From contig BK006936.2 of assembly GCA_000146045.2 (NCBI GenBank), positions 96,001 through 160,000 on the forward strand: a stretch of DNA of 64,000 nucleotides. The letters run 5' to 3'. Source of the DNA: TPA_inf: Saccharomyces (lineage: Eukaryota). Below the pieces are notes generated by a model, which had not been told where the DNA came from, ran no database searches, and saw nothing but the letters and a program-made list of their open reading frames with translations. Below, piece after piece: positions 9,689 to 20,829 of this stretch; within the stretch, counting starts at the first letter, position 1; each line of letters begins with the position of its first letter. Both the position numbers and the translations under genes were made by a program.

Positions 9689-11406
9689 CTGTCCACAGTA
9701 GAGAATAAATTCAAAGTACTGATACTTTTATTTTTTTTATGCTGTTTTTTACCAATGCTGGCTAGTCCACCGTCCCTTGAGCGTAGCTTATTAATCGCCC
9801 TCTTGTCCTCGTTCCCTGCAGCTTTCTCGTACCATTTCCATGCGTATTCCATGTTACGATCACAGCCCTTGCCATGCTCATAGAAGTAGCCCAGAGTGAA
9901 TTGGGCCTTTGGCAAACCAGCATTAGCTGCACGCAAGGCCCATTGAAAAGCCTCATTTTCATCTTTTTCAAAAGCAGGTTCTGCTCCCAGTAAGTACCAT
10001 GCACATAAACCTAACATTGCCACAGAATCGCCTTTTAACGCTGCCTGCGTATAATAGTGTACAGAAAGTGATGTATCCTGCCCTACTGTATCATTACCTG
10101 TTTCATAAATCTGTGCCAACAAAGTTGCTGAAGGAACATGCCCTAAACTTGCTGCTTGAATATATAGTTCCATTGCATACTTTTCATCCGGAATGACAAC
10201 ATCTAAGAACCCTTCATGATAAATCTTAGCCAATTCGTATGGTGCTGCGGCCGTCAACTCATTAGCTCTTGCTGCAGCCCTTGATAACCATTTTACCCCA
10301 TTTAATTTAGTATTAACGTCGGTTGGAAGACCCATTCTGCCGTAGAATGAATAAAGTCCCAATTTATACATTGCTGAGGGATGATTCCTGCTAGCCGCAA
10401 ACTTTAAAAAATTGACTGACTTACGAGAATCTCTTGTTGTTCCTAGTCCTTCTTCTAAGCAATGCGATGCTCTGTAAGCACTTTCTATATGACCATGCTT
10501 TGCAGCTGCTTGAAATAAGACAAATGCTTCTTTATTTTCAATCTTCCCAAATGCTCCGGATGAGTAGCCGTCCGCTAATAAGTATTGGGCATCTGAATAA
10601 CCCTTTATGCTCAGTTTCTTCAAATAACTTTGCGCTTCTTTCAAAAACTGAAGTTTTAAGTCAGATTGGCTGACATTTCCTTCCTTGTCACTATCTTGAA
10701 CAAGAGCATTGGAAGATTCAATAGTCAGTGCGGTTTGTAACATATATTGCGCATACTGGAATAACACTTCAGGATCTTTAGATTTTTTAACGTTTTGTCT
10801 ATACATTTCTATTGTTTTTAGCCTTGGAACTAAGGAAGTATTATTTTTACCACCCAAATATCGACTGATCATCTGATGTGACAAATCTGCTACAGATTCA
10901 TTAGTAGCCGTTAATTGGGTATCACTGCTACCATTCAACAGGTACATGTGAGACAAATCTACAGAACGAGTTCTTTTCTTTATTTGCTCCTTCGTAAGAG
11001 ATGTACTCGAATTTGTCTGTCTTAATGCTCCCGGTGACGGAGAATTTGTAGGAGTACTTCCCAAAGAACTTAAGGAAGTATTATTTGAATTATTAAGATG
11101 AAGCTGTGGGGGTGGGACTGGAACGAAATCTTCCTCTTGACTATTGCCTATATCGTTTGATAGTAGAGGTACTGACGCAGCTCTAAGATGCTCATTGATA
11201 AGCGGTTGGTTTGCCGACCGCTTAGGAAGGTCTGCGGTACTGAAGTCTTCATTGTCCCTGTTTTCCCTATTCTCTTTATTATCTGAAAAATCTTGACCTA
11301 CCTTCAACGAACTGTTTTGAAACTGTAGGCCCCTGTTATCAAAATTTATATGCTGTGATTGCATTAAATGCTTCTTATATGGATGTACCTGCGGTGAACT
11401 TGCCAT
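9316..11406 (-). CDS. SKT5: Chs3 activator with Sel1 repeats, 696 aa, with a C-terminal CaaX prenylation box (CVIM).
   Basis: Multiple Sel1/TPR-like repeats (AQYLLADGY.., AMYKLGLYSFYG.., AQFTLGYFYEHG). The ORF ends ...KKKKDCVIM*. Confidence 0.93.
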   Translation of the reverse strand: MASSPQVHPYKKHLMQSQHINFDNRGLQFQNSSLKVGQDFSDNKENRENRDNEDFSTADLPKRSANQPLINEHLRAASVPLLSNDIGNSQEEDFVPVPPPQLHLNNSNNTSLSSLGSTPTNSPSPGALRQTNSSTSLTKEQIKKRTRSVDLSHMYLLNGSSDTQLTATNESVADLSHQMISRYLGGKNNTSLVPRLKTIEMYRQNVKKSKDPEVLFQYAQYMLQTALTIESSNALVQDSDKEGNVSQSDLKLQFLKEAQSYLKKLSIKGYSDAQYLLADGYSSGAFGKIENKEAFVLFQAAAKHGHIESAYRASHCLEEGLGTTRDSRKSVNFLKFAASRNHPSAMYKLGLYSFYGRMGLPTDVNTKLNGVKWLSRAAARANELTAAAPYELAKIYHEGFLDVVIPDEKYAMELYIQAASLGHVPSATLLAQIYETGNDTVGQDTSLSVHYYTQAALKGDSVAMLGLCAWYLLGAEPAFEKDENEAFQWALRAANAGLPKAQFTLGYFYEHGKGCDRNMEYAWKWYEKAAGNEDKRAINKLRSRDGGLASIGKKQHKKNKSISTLNLFSTVDSQTSNVGSNSRVSSKSETFFTGNPKRDREPQGLQINMNSNTNRNGIKTGSDTSIRKSSSSAKGMSREVAEQSMAAKQEVSLSNMGSSNMIRKDFPAVKTESKKPTSLKNKKDKQGKKKKDCVIM

Positions 11407-11931
11407 TTTTTATCCTTTTATTTTAACTTTATCACCAAAAAAGACGAGAACCTGGTAGTATACAATGGAAGGCTTATTAACAGCAAGTCTAAAGTCAAGT
11501 GCCAACACCTAGTTTGTCTCTACTCTTAAATCTTACATCATCCTCGAGAGGGTCTGCAGAAAGAATTTTTCGTTCTTTTTTTAGCAAGTCAAAACGCGAA
11601 GTGAAACGTGGGAAAATATAACGATGACCTTTCTTAAAACATGCATGAAGACTCGTGAAAGTCATATGTACATATGTCGTATAGATTTGCAGATAGTTGC
11701 AACAAATAATTAGCGATTAGTTATGGCCTATACATGGCAGCTAAGTGCGATGGCATGTTCAAATGTATTATATTAAATCAAATGAACTTAAAATGCGATG
11801 TTTGGGTGCAAAATATCTATAGATGATAGAGACGGTTCATTGATCTTACGGATCAACTTTGAGATCAGTAAGGCTGACTAGATGGTACAATTTTGTGCAG
11901 TCAATGGACTATTAAGGGATCGCAAAGAGGT

Positions 11932-13995
11932 ATGTGCGCCAGTTTAAACGAGGTAAAAAAGAATGACACCTATGGGGTCTCACAAAAGGGCTACAATGAC
12001 AATTTCAGTGAAAGTGAGGGCGTCCTTCATGGTAGTAAGTCGATGCCCACTAGCATGAAAAATATGCTACAGTCTCCCACGATGGTCAACATGTGTGATA
12101 TTTTACAAAACAAGGAAGCTGCTAATGACGAAAAACCTGTGATACCTACTACGGATACCGCCACTGCGGGGACTGGTACTGAAGATATTAGCTCCACTCA
12201 ATCCGAGGAAACTGATCAGAATAGTCATCTTATTGCCTCAGAGATCTTGGAAGGCACTTTCAAAGATGTATCTTACAAGGAATATGCAAATTTCTTGGGA
12301 AACGATAACAATAATCAAGTCTTGACTGAGTTTGTAAAGTTATTGAGTCCTTTGCCGTCGTCACTATTAGAAACGCTTTTCAATTTATCGAAAAGTATAT
12401 ATTTCATTGCAGAAGCGCAAAATATCGACCGGATACTAGAGTGCTTGAGCATAGAATGGATAGCTTGCCACCCGAACACACATTGGAAGTCAGGCTATAA
12501 GTCATGTCATATAGTCTTATTTTCCCTGTTGATCCTTAATTCGGATTTGCACAACAACTTTCAAGTTGACCATAAAAAGATTAAGTTTTCCATGGTTGCA
12601 TTTATCAACAATACACTGAGGGCACTAAGAGAGGAAAATGAATACGAAGAATTGAAAATATACTCCCGCGAACATTTGATCATCGAAGAACTTTCCGAAT
12701 ACTATAAAACGTTAAATGAAACGCCTTTACCGTTATGCACAGAATCTAGAACATCAATAAATATATCAGATAACCAATCTTCCTTGAAAAGGTTCTCTAC
12801 TCTAGGATCACGGGAATTTAGTACATCAAATTTACGTAGTGTTAACTCTAATTCTACTACACTATATTCAAGAGATGGTCAAGTATCTGTACGAGAAATG
12901 AGCGCAAAATCAAATAAAAACTTTCACAATAATCACCCCATGGATGCACTCTACCTTAAAGAGTCTTTTGATGACGGTTTAATTACCGAAAACGGCTCCA
13001 GTTGGTTCATGGACGATTTAATTCTTATAAGCAAGAAATCTTTACCACGTAAATATTCTAAAAGAGACAAAGATCAAGTGGCGGCACCAAAAATGACCTC
13101 TAAGAGAAACAAATCGTTCTTCGGATGGCTAAAACCATCTAAAACGACTACACTTATTGAGCACACATCTAGAAGGACTTCTTTATCGTATTTGAATAAG
13201 GATTCTGAATGGGAGAGGGTGAAAATACAGGTCAAGGAGGGCAGAATTTTTATTTTCAAAATTAAACCAGATGTTAAGGATATCATCCAATCAAGTGAAA
13301 CAGACAGTGCTACCATCGACTATTTCAAAGATATCAGTAGCTCTTATTTTGCTTACTCACTGCTTGAAGCTGAAGCACATGTCGTGCAAGATAATATAAT
13401 TATAGGTAGTGGAGCAATGAAATCAAATGTGTGTAACAAAAACACCAAGAGGAAAAGTGGCAACTTTACCGTTAGTTTTCCAGAGAATATCAACGGACCA
13501 AAGCTTGTTCTGGAGTTCCAGACGAGAAGTGTTGAAGAAGCCCACAAGTTTATGGACTGTATCAACTTCTGGGCAGGTAGGATTTCTCCAGTTCCTTTAA
13601 CACAATTCGAAGCCGTATCTAACGCAGAATATGGATGGAGTGACAAGATCTTGACAGAGCACGCTTCCCTCAATCTTAAAAATATTGTTGTAAGTGAATG
13701 GAAGCCACTATTGGGGCTAGAGCTACTATACGAAGATGCGAAAGATGTAGAGATGGTCGAACTAAAAGAAAGGCTAAAGGAATTGATGAACTTCACCAGA
13801 CAGCTTGGTATATGGATAGATAAACATAACGAAATAAAGGATAAGCTGGTCGAAATTTGGAGCTTTGACGATAACTATTTTGAAGCAGTCATGAATAATT
13901 GGAATTCGAGATATTTGTATATGAATAATCAATATAAGAAACGACTGAGCTACTTGAAAGCTTTGCAAAAAGCCATGGGTTCTGTTCAGTTCTAA
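11932..13995 (+). CDS. YEL1: Sec7-domain Arf3 guanine-nucleotide exchange factor, 687 aa. First ATG at 11932; the ORF track starts at TTG 11893.
   Basis: Sec7-like region followed by a PH-like C-terminus. The length matches when started at the first ATG. Confidence 0.85.
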   Translation: MCASLNEVKKNDTYGVSQKGYNDNFSESEGVLHGSKSMPTSMKNMLQSPTMVNMCDILQNKEAANDEKPVIPTTDTATAGTGTEDISSTQSEETDQNSHLIASEILEGTFKDVSYKEYANFLGNDNNNQVLTEFVKLLSPLPSSLLETLFNLSKSIYFIAEAQNIDRILECLSIEWIACHPNTHWKSGYKSCHIVLFSLLILNSDLHNNFQVDHKKIKFSMVAFINNTLRALREENEYEELKIYSREHLIIEELSEYYKTLNETPLPLCTESRTSINISDNQSSLKRFSTLGSREFSTSNLRSVNSNSTTLYSRDGQVSVREMSAKSNKNFHNNHPMDALYLKESFDDGLITENGSSWFMDDLILISKKSLPRKYSKRDKDQVAAPKMTSKRNKSFFGWLKPSKTTTLIEHTSRRTSLSYLNKDSEWERVKIQVKEGRIFIFKIKPDVKDIIQSSETDSATIDYFKDISSSYFAYSLLEAEAHVVQDNIIIGSGAMKSNVCNKNTKRKSGNFTVSFPENINGPKLVLEFQTRSVEEAHKFMDCINFWAGRISPVPLTQFEAVSNAEYGWSDKILTEHASLNLKNIVVSEWKPLLGLELLYEDAKDVEMVELKERLKELMNFTRQLGIWIDKHNEIKDKLVEIWSFDDNYFEAVMNNWNSRYLYMNNQYKKRLSYLKALQKAMGSVQF

Positions 13996-14124
13996 GTATA
14001 TTTAAAGATATAAATATAAAGACTGCGCTGAAGAAATATAAACTTGAAAACTGTACTCTGCCTTTTATTTACAAGGGATATTGAGATGATTTGTGTGAAT
14101 GAAGTAGCGACAGAAAAAAAGCTT

Positions 14125-14539
14125 TTATTTCGAGTTCGCATCATTGTCACTTTCCTGCTTTTTCTTGGCGTACTGTCTATCTAAGATAGTCTTTAATATA
14201 GCGTCCTCGCCATATTCTTCTTCCTCAATTTTCTTCCATCTCTTTTCTACATCAGCTCTCTTTATTCTACTTTCAATGACAGCACGTTTCTTGTTATTCA
14301 AACTTGCCTCCTTGAGACACTTGTTCAAAGCATCCTTTTCGTTGTTACAAAGGCCAAATATTCTCTTGTAATATTCCTTTTGATGGCATTTATCGAGTGC
14401 ATTGATGAAGTCCAAACAGGCTAAAATGAAGAAGGGGAGAATACAATGTTAGTAAGTCGGAGCACAGAAAAAGGCAAATATATGAAGTAAAATCTGGATA
14501 CTTACAATGAAAACGTTCAGCTTCTAACTGTGGATGCAT
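14125..14539 (-). CDS. CMC2: Cx9C mitochondrial intermembrane-space protein, 109 aa, spliced: exon 1 is 14539..14506, the intron is 14505..14421, and exon 2 is 14420..14125.
   Basis: Exon 1 reads ATGCATCCACAGTTAGAAGCTGAACGTTTTCATT followed by GTAAGT. The branch point is TACTAAC and the acceptor is TTTTAG. The spliced protein is MHPQLEAERFHSCLDFINALDKCH..., with twin Cx9C motifs. Confidence 0.88.
14421..14505 (-). other. CMC2: Spliceosomal intron of CMC2 (GTAAGT...TACTAAC...TAG).
   Basis: Canonical yeast 5' splice site, branch point and 3' splice site. The reading frame is restored across the junction. Confidence 0.85.
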
Positions 14540-14593
14540 GTTGTAGTACTTGTCTTATCTTGCTTTTGTTCAACTGCACTTGTAAATCAGTGA

Positions 14594-15244
14594 ATGTTAT
14601 TGGACGCGCAGCGATTTTTTAATAGGTCTTTCTCTATTAATGTAATATGCGAATTGAAACATAATGTAAACACAAGAAGAAAATTCGAAATAAAGGACTG
14701 GCCAACAATAATGTTAGTGAGCAGAAACGACAAGCCCAAAATCAGTAGTGAGGAAGTCACACATTTTATAGACGACTATAAAAAGAGGAGGAAAACTCAG
14801 ATGACACGATTCTTCGGAATCACTATTTTTACACTTATAACATGTAGAATTGCCATGAAGAAAATGATAACTGCAAAAGGTATGCATAGGCAATAACTTC
14901 GGCCTCATACTCAAAGAACACGTTTACTAACATAACTTATTTACATAGTGCCATTGAACACTTTTCAAGCAAACTACGCCAGCCGGACGCAGACAATAAC
15001 ACACACACAAAAGAGTCTTGCAGGTTCTCTTTTAGCGGCAACGGGCATGACACTAGGTATATTTGGTATGGGCATCACAGGGACATGTTGGAGCTGGGAT
15101 GTTTCATCATTTCAGGAACTAAAGCAACGTCTGGAAAGGCGTGCCAACAACGAATTTGTAGTGACAAACATGCCTCTGGATAAAAGAAGCCAGCAAGTAG
15201 TGGACAGCTTAGTTAAGACACACAATTCATCTCTTTGTAAATAG
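14594..15244 (+). CDS. IAI11: Small mitochondrial membrane protein, 193 aa, spliced: exon 1 is 14594..14879, the intron is 14880..14948, and exon 2 is 14949..15244.
   Basis: Two adjacent ORF-track ORFs (100 aa and 98 aa) are joined by an intron with GTATGC...TACTAAC...ATAG. The junction gives ...ITAK-V-PLNTFQ.... The total of 193 aa matches YBL059W. Confidence 0.85.
14880..14948 (+). other. IAI11: Spliceosomal intron of IAI11/YBL059W.
   Basis: GTATGC at 14880, TACTAAC at about 14925..14931, and AG at 14947-14948. Confidence 0.85.
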
Positions 15245-15436
15245 TGTTATACCATAGTAGTAGTTTCAATAATATATTCCACTACTTATATGTGTTACCC
15301 GCATTAGAACTCTTATTGGTGGCGAAAATCGATGGCAATAAAGAACGGAAGGGGTTTAATAGTTGTATGCTTAACATATTTCGATTTAAATATATAAGAA
15401 ACGTCGGTAGCACAACAATTAACTCATTATTTAGGT

Positions 15437-16708
15437 ATGGCGGAAATACCTGATGAAACCATCCAGCAGTTCATGGCATTGACCAATGTGTCGCATAACA
15501 TAGCCGTTCAATATCTCTCTGAATTTGGAGATTTAAATGAAGCACTAAATTCCTATTATGCTTCTCAAACGGATGACCAAAAGGATAGAAGAGAGGAAGC
15601 ACATTGGAACAGACAGCAGGAGAAGGCCCTCAAGCAAGAAGCCTTCTCCACCAACTCTTCGAATAAAGCCATAAATACGGAGCACGTTGGTGGGTTATGT
15701 CCAAAACCAGGATCCTCACAAGGTAGCAACGAGTACTTGAAAAGGAAAGGTTCTACCTCTCCTGAACCAACCAAGGGTAGTAGCCGCTCTGGAAGTGGTA
15801 ACAACTCCAGGTTTATGAGCTTTTCGGATATGGTAAGAGGTCAAGCTGATGATGACGATGAAGATCAACCGAGAAATACTTTTGCTGGTGGTGAAACATC
15901 CGGCTTAGAGGTTACAGATCCTTCAGATCCTAATTCATTACTGAAGGATTTGCTGGAAAAAGCGAGAAGGGGTGGTCAAATGGGCGCTGAAAACGGATTC
16001 CGTGATGACGAAGACCATGAAATGGGTGCCAATAGGTTTACTGGAAGAGGTTTTAGATTAGGGTCAACCATCGACGCAGCAGATGAAGTCGTAGAAGACA
16101 ACACTTCACAATCACAACGTAGACCAGAAAAAGTCACAAGAGAAATTACATTTTGGAAGGAAGGTTTTCAAGTGGCCGATGGTCCGCTTTATCGCTATGA
16201 TGATCCTGCGAACAGTTTCTATTTGAGCGAGTTAAATCAAGGGAGGGCTCCATTAAAGCTCTTAGATGTGCAATTTGGACAAGAAGTTGAAGTTAATGTA
16301 TATAAAAAATTAGATGAGTCTTATAAAGCTCCGACGAGAAAACTGGGCGGTTTTTCAGGCCAGGGCCAAAGACTAGGATCTCCTATCCCGGGTGAATCGT
16401 CACCTGCGGAGGTTCCAAAGAATGAGACACCCGCTGCTCAGGAACAACCCATGCCGGACAATGAGCCAAAACAAGGCGACACCTCCATCCAAATTAGATA
16501 CGCAAATGGCAAAAGAGAAGTTTTGCACTGCAATTCCACAGATACAGTAAAGTTTTTGTATGAGCATGTGACATCAAATGCGAACACTGACCCATCGAGG
16601 AATTTCACCTTGAATTATGCCTTTCCTATCAAACCAATAAGCAACGATGAGACAACATTGAAGGACGCTGATCTGCTGAACTCCGTTGTCGTGCAAAGAT
16701 GGGCATGA
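15437..16708 (+). CDS. SHP1: UBX-domain Cdc48 cofactor (p47 homolog), 423 aa.
   Basis: N-terminal UBA-like region, central SEP domain and C-terminal UBX domain. The length matches. Confidence 0.93.
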   Translation: MAEIPDETIQQFMALTNVSHNIAVQYLSEFGDLNEALNSYYASQTDDQKDRREEAHWNRQQEKALKQEAFSTNSSNKAINTEHVGGLCPKPGSSQGSNEYLKRKGSTSPEPTKGSSRSGSGNNSRFMSFSDMVRGQADDDDEDQPRNTFAGGETSGLEVTDPSDPNSLLKDLLEKARRGGQMGAENGFRDDEDHEMGANRFTGRGFRLGSTIDAADEVVEDNTSQSQRRPEKVTREITFWKEGFQVADGPLYRYDDPANSFYLSELNQGRAPLKLLDVQFGQEVEVNVYKKLDESYKAPTRKLGGFSGQGQRLGSPIPGESSPAEVPKNETPAAQEQPMPDNEPKQGDTSIQIRYANGKREVLHCNSTDTVKFLYEHVTSNANTDPSRNFTLNYAFPIKPISNDETTLKDADLLNSVVVQRWA

Positions 16709-16800
16709 GCATAAATATACAAAAACAGAAACGGGAAAAGACTTCAACTTAATATATAAATGCACGTATATCTATACCCGTAGTATATATCATTTGTACC

Positions 16801-17427
16801 TCAATACAATTTCAAATCACCTGTTATTTGATCCAATACTGCTTTTGGAGCAGGTCCTAAACCCAATACGGTGGCACTTCCCGCAGCAATCTGTGTTCTA
16901 CCAGCATCATGAATAACTGCTGCATTCACCCCAAGTGATATAGCCTTCGCATACAACTCGTCCATTGTAAACTTATCTGGACATTTCAACGTTATTTTAG
17001 CCTGTCCAGCATTTAGCCATCTTTGTGTCATAATTGGGTTGTATGAAGCACGCGCGGGGTTTGTAGCAATATGTCTAAAACATGACAATGCTGCGTGACA
17101 GCATTGTGCCGCTATTTTGCCCTTTGTCATGCCAAGATCTTGACGAATCACCAATGCCATCCTAACTTCTCCAGGTATATCATTCAATGAAGTGGACTCA
17201 ATATCTTCGTCCTCATCGCTCTCATCTTCGCTTTCACTTTCCTCCTCATCAGTGTCATTGTGTAGCTTTCCTTCCTTCATTTCTTTAGAACGCAGTAAAG
17301 TAGCTGAGGATTTCTTAGTTGATGATGCGTTCGACGTACCCAACTGGTAACCCACGGCAAAGGAGATTGCGGTGAAAGTAGCCCATAAAGCTATGGTGTA
17401 ATTCGAAGAAACTGTCATCTTTTCCAT
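16801..17427 (-). CDS. PTH2: Peptidyl-tRNA hydrolase 2 (PTH2 family), 208 aa, with an N-terminal TM anchor.
   Basis: PTH2 domain sequence (LVIRQDLGMTKGKIAAQCCHAAL...). Hydrophobic N-terminus. Confidence 0.93.
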   Translation of the reverse strand: MEKMTVSSNYTIALWATFTAISFAVGYQLGTSNASSTKKSSATLLRSKEMKEGKLHNDTDEEESESEDESDEDEDIESTSLNDIPGEVRMALVIRQDLGMTKGKIAAQCCHAALSCFRHIATNPARASYNPIMTQRWLNAGQAKITLKCPDKFTMDELYAKAISLGVNAAVIHDAGRTQIAAGSATVLGLGPAPKAVLDQITGDLKLY

Positions 17428-17761
17428 TAAAAAGACGTTATCATGTTACTCCGCTGTCAACAAGTAATATAGCAAGAAACAATTAGCTCTTATGCTTAAG
17501 AGCTTCTAGAAGAGTAGTAATAACCTTTAAACATTATTTTCGTCAGGCGTGATATCAGCGAGTTGAAGAAAAAACAACATGGGTTGTCCCTCAAGAGAAT
17601 AAACTCAAAGGAGTAAAAGGTGTTTAGAGCTTGTTGGCTCGATTGTTGCCACCGGAAGGCCCCTTTCTGTTTTTAGACTATATTCATTTTACTTTTTGAA
17701 GTTTCTATTATAGGCAGACGAAGAAGGCCAAGAAGACAAATCGAAGAAAGAGAGAGATAAC

Positions 17762-19168
17762 ATGGGTCAAATATTGTCCAATCCAATTATCGACAAAGAG
17801 CATCATTCTGGTACGGACTGTTTGACAGCGTTTGGACTATGTGCCATGCAAGGCTGGCGTATGTCCATGGAAGATGCCCATATTGTTGAGCCGAACCTTT
17901 TGGCTGAGTCTGACGAGGAACATCTCGCATTTTATGGTATATTTGACGGTCATGGTGGTTCTTCTGTAGCGGAGTTTTGTGGCTCTAAAATGATATCTAT
18001 ACTGAAAAAACAGGAGAGCTTCAAGAGCGGTATGTTAGAGCAGTGCTTAATAGATACCTTTTTAGCTACAGATGTTGAGTTGTTGAAAGATGAAAAATTA
18101 AAAGATGACCATAGTGGTTGTACAGCAACTGTGATATTGGTATCTCAATTGAAAAAGCTACTAATTTGCGCCAATTCCGGTGATAGTAGAACAGTTCTAT
18201 CTACTGGTGGTAATAGTAAAGCAATGTCATTTGATCATAAGCCCACATTGTTAAGTGAAAAATCTCGTATTGTAGCTGCTGATGGTTTTGTTGAGATGGA
18301 CCGTGTTAATGGAAATTTAGCGTTATCAAGAGCCATAGGTGATTTTGAATTCAAATCTAACACAAAATTGGGACCTCATGAGCAAGTCGTTACATGTGTT
18401 CCTGATATCATTTGTCACAATTTGAATTATGATGAGGATGAATTTGTTATTTTAGCATGTGATGGTATTTGGGATTGTTTAACTTCTCAAGAGTGTGTTG
18501 ACTTGGTTCACTACGGTATAAGTCAAGGTAATATGACGTTGAGCGACATTTCATCTAGAATCGTAGATGTTTGTTGTTCACCCACAACTGAAGGCTCAGG
18601 AATTGGCTGTGATAATATGAGTATTTCCATTGTTGCTTTACTAAAGGAAAATGAATCTGAGTCACAATGGTTTGAGCGTATGAGATCAAAAAATTACAAT
18701 ATCCAAACGTCTTTTGTCCAAAGAAGGAAAAGTATTTTTGATTTCCATGATTTTTCGGATGATGATAACGAAGTGTTCGCAATAACCACCAAAAAATTAC
18801 AAGACCGCTTGAATCGTAGTAAAGATAATGACGACATGGAAATTGATGATCTTGATACCGAATTAGGCAGCAGTGCTACTCCCTCAAAGTTATCAGGTGA
18901 GGATAGAACTGGCCCTATTGACTTGTTTTCGTTGGAGGCTCTATTAGAAGCCGGGATTCAAATAAGGCAGAGGCCCAGCTCCGACAGTGACGGCAACACT
19001 TCTTATTTCCATGGTGCTTCTTTATCAGATATGTTGGCATCTTTAAGCAATGCGGCTGCAGGAGAAACAGAACCTAATGATGCTGATGATAACGATGATA
19101 ACGACGGCGAAGAAAACGGCAAGAATGAAAATGCGAAGAAGGGTTCCAAGATTGAAGAAATTGAATAA
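17762..19168 (+). CDS. PTC3: PP2C-type Ser/Thr phosphatase, 468 aa, with an acidic C-terminal tail.
   Basis: PP2C motifs ([14 protein letters not shown]) and a D/E/N-rich C-terminus. Confidence 0.93.
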
Positions 19169-19437
19169 TAAATATTGTCGAACCGTACTTTGCAACGAAA
19201 GAGTAGTCAAACTTTGTTATCTTTATTTGTTATTCCTCTTCTGCCGATGGATTGTTTTTTACTGGATCATCTTTGCGGCCCATATTGAGGAGATGGTGAA
19301 ATTCATAAAAATCATTACGAGAGAATGATAAATTGTAACAGAATTTATAAATCCTATTCATATAGATACATCTGTTTTTCCTTACTCTGTTTTTATTTTG
19401 TTGGTAACCTTTGAATCCTTTTTGATGAAAAAAATAG

Positions 19438-19457
19438 AAAAAAAAAAAAAAAAAAAA
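19438..19457. repeat. Poly(dA:dT) tract of about 20 bp in the PTC3/YBL055C convergent 3' region.
   Basis: Read directly from the sequence. Confidence 0.9.
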
Positions 19458-19572
19458 TGAAAGCAATATCGACTGTATGTATATGCGCACCATAATTTTC
19501 CTATTAATAGTTTAAGCATAATTAGTGTACTTACTAAAAATAATGTAACTTTGCTCTTTGCACCAATAGATG

Positions 19573-20829
19573 TTACTCTCCAAATATCTTACAGGTCGTC
19601 TTCCACGTGGTATCTATCAAAGTAGCCAGATCCACGTCCTTGACTTCCGATACGACAATTGCTACTTGTTCCATATTACAAGGCTCATTACGGCCCTTGA
19701 CCATGTAAAGTTCTTCTGCATTCAACTTGTCAGCGAGCTTATTTTTCTTAACGGACTTGAATGCAGGGTATTCGAAATCCCTAACCTCCTGGTATTTGGC
19801 TAAGTACTGGAAAGATGCATGCGTTCTTTTAATCTCACACCACGGAGCATCTGTCTCTAATAACAACCTTTCTGTTGGTATTTGCTTTACAACAGCTAGA
19901 TTTTCCTCGGTTCTCAACGAGCAACCGTTTACTCCTATGAAGATGTTGGGTGATAAGTTCAGTAATTTCTGCAAATCTATCGCAGAACCAGTGAATGAAT
20001 GGACCACTAGTTTTCTATCTGGATGAAATTTGTAAAACCCGCTAGACGACGATGCACCTAACTTTTGTAGCTGAAAGGTATCCCTCTCATCAGTGAACCC
20101 GGCAATAAATCTTTCCAATATTTGAACAAAATCGTCACATGCGCTTCTCATATGCAGAAACAATGGATAGCTGCTGAGTTTATCGTTCAAACAACTTATT
20201 TTCAGTTGCTCTTCAAAAAAAACCTTTTGCATCTCTTTAGAACTATAGTGAAATCTGTCGTAGTCCAACCCGATCTCACCAATTGACCTGAAACTTGTAT
20301 CATGAGGTTTTGCTTGCTGATTCATCAAATCATAAAGCTCTTTCAGTTTACCCTGTGCAAAAGATGGATTACTAATAACTTTAGCATATAGAGACTCATT
20401 ATATGCTTCATCCATGGAAGGGTTATCAATAGAAGCGCTAGCCTTGTCCCCTTGACTAGCATCCGCAAACTCGTTAACGCAACATGGGTGAACACCTATT
20501 GTGTGATACAGCTTTAACGGGCTAAGATCTTTGACGCTGCTTACCAACTCAATGGCACTTTGAGACTCCGCTATGGATGATCCTGTAACAAGGGCATTTT
20601 TCACGTGCCTCTGAGCAGCACGCTCTAATAATTTTACATAATCTGCTGGATGGTACTGCTTACCATTGTAAATACCGTGAAACATAGGATCTGTCAGATT
20701 CAATCCAATATCATAGTATTTCAGCGGAGAATCCGTGGCAGTTGATGTCATGCTATAATATTGTGTCAAAATTGGTTTCCAGAGCCTAGAACAACTTTTG
20801 TTCGAGGATTTCAATAAGATGCCCCACAT
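19573..20829 (-). CDS. YBL055C: TatD-family Mg-dependent DNase, 418 aa. The first ATG (20829-20827) is at ORF-track codon 10.
   Basis: TatD hydrolase fold motifs (histidine-containing IGEIGLD...). The length matches when started at the first ATG. Confidence 0.85.
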   Translation of the reverse strand: MWGILLKSSNKSCSRLWKPILTQYYSMTSTATDSPLKYYDIGLNLTDPMFHGIYNGKQYHPADYVKLLERAAQRHVKNALVTGSSIAESQSAIELVSSVKDLSPLKLYHTIGVHPCCVNEFADASQGDKASASIDNPSMDEAYNESLYAKVISNPSFAQGKLKELYDLMNQQAKPHDTSFRSIGEIGLDYDRFHYSSKEMQKVFFEEQLKISCLNDKLSSYPLFLHMRSACDDFVQILERFIAGFTDERDTFQLQKLGASSSSGFYKFHPDRKLVVHSFTGSAIDLQKLLNLSPNIFIGVNGCSLRTEENLAVVKQIPTERLLLETDAPWCEIKRTHASFQYLAKYQEVRDFEYPAFKSVKKNKLADKLNAEELYMVKGRNEPCNMEQVAIVVSEVKDVDLATLIDTTWKTTCKIFGE

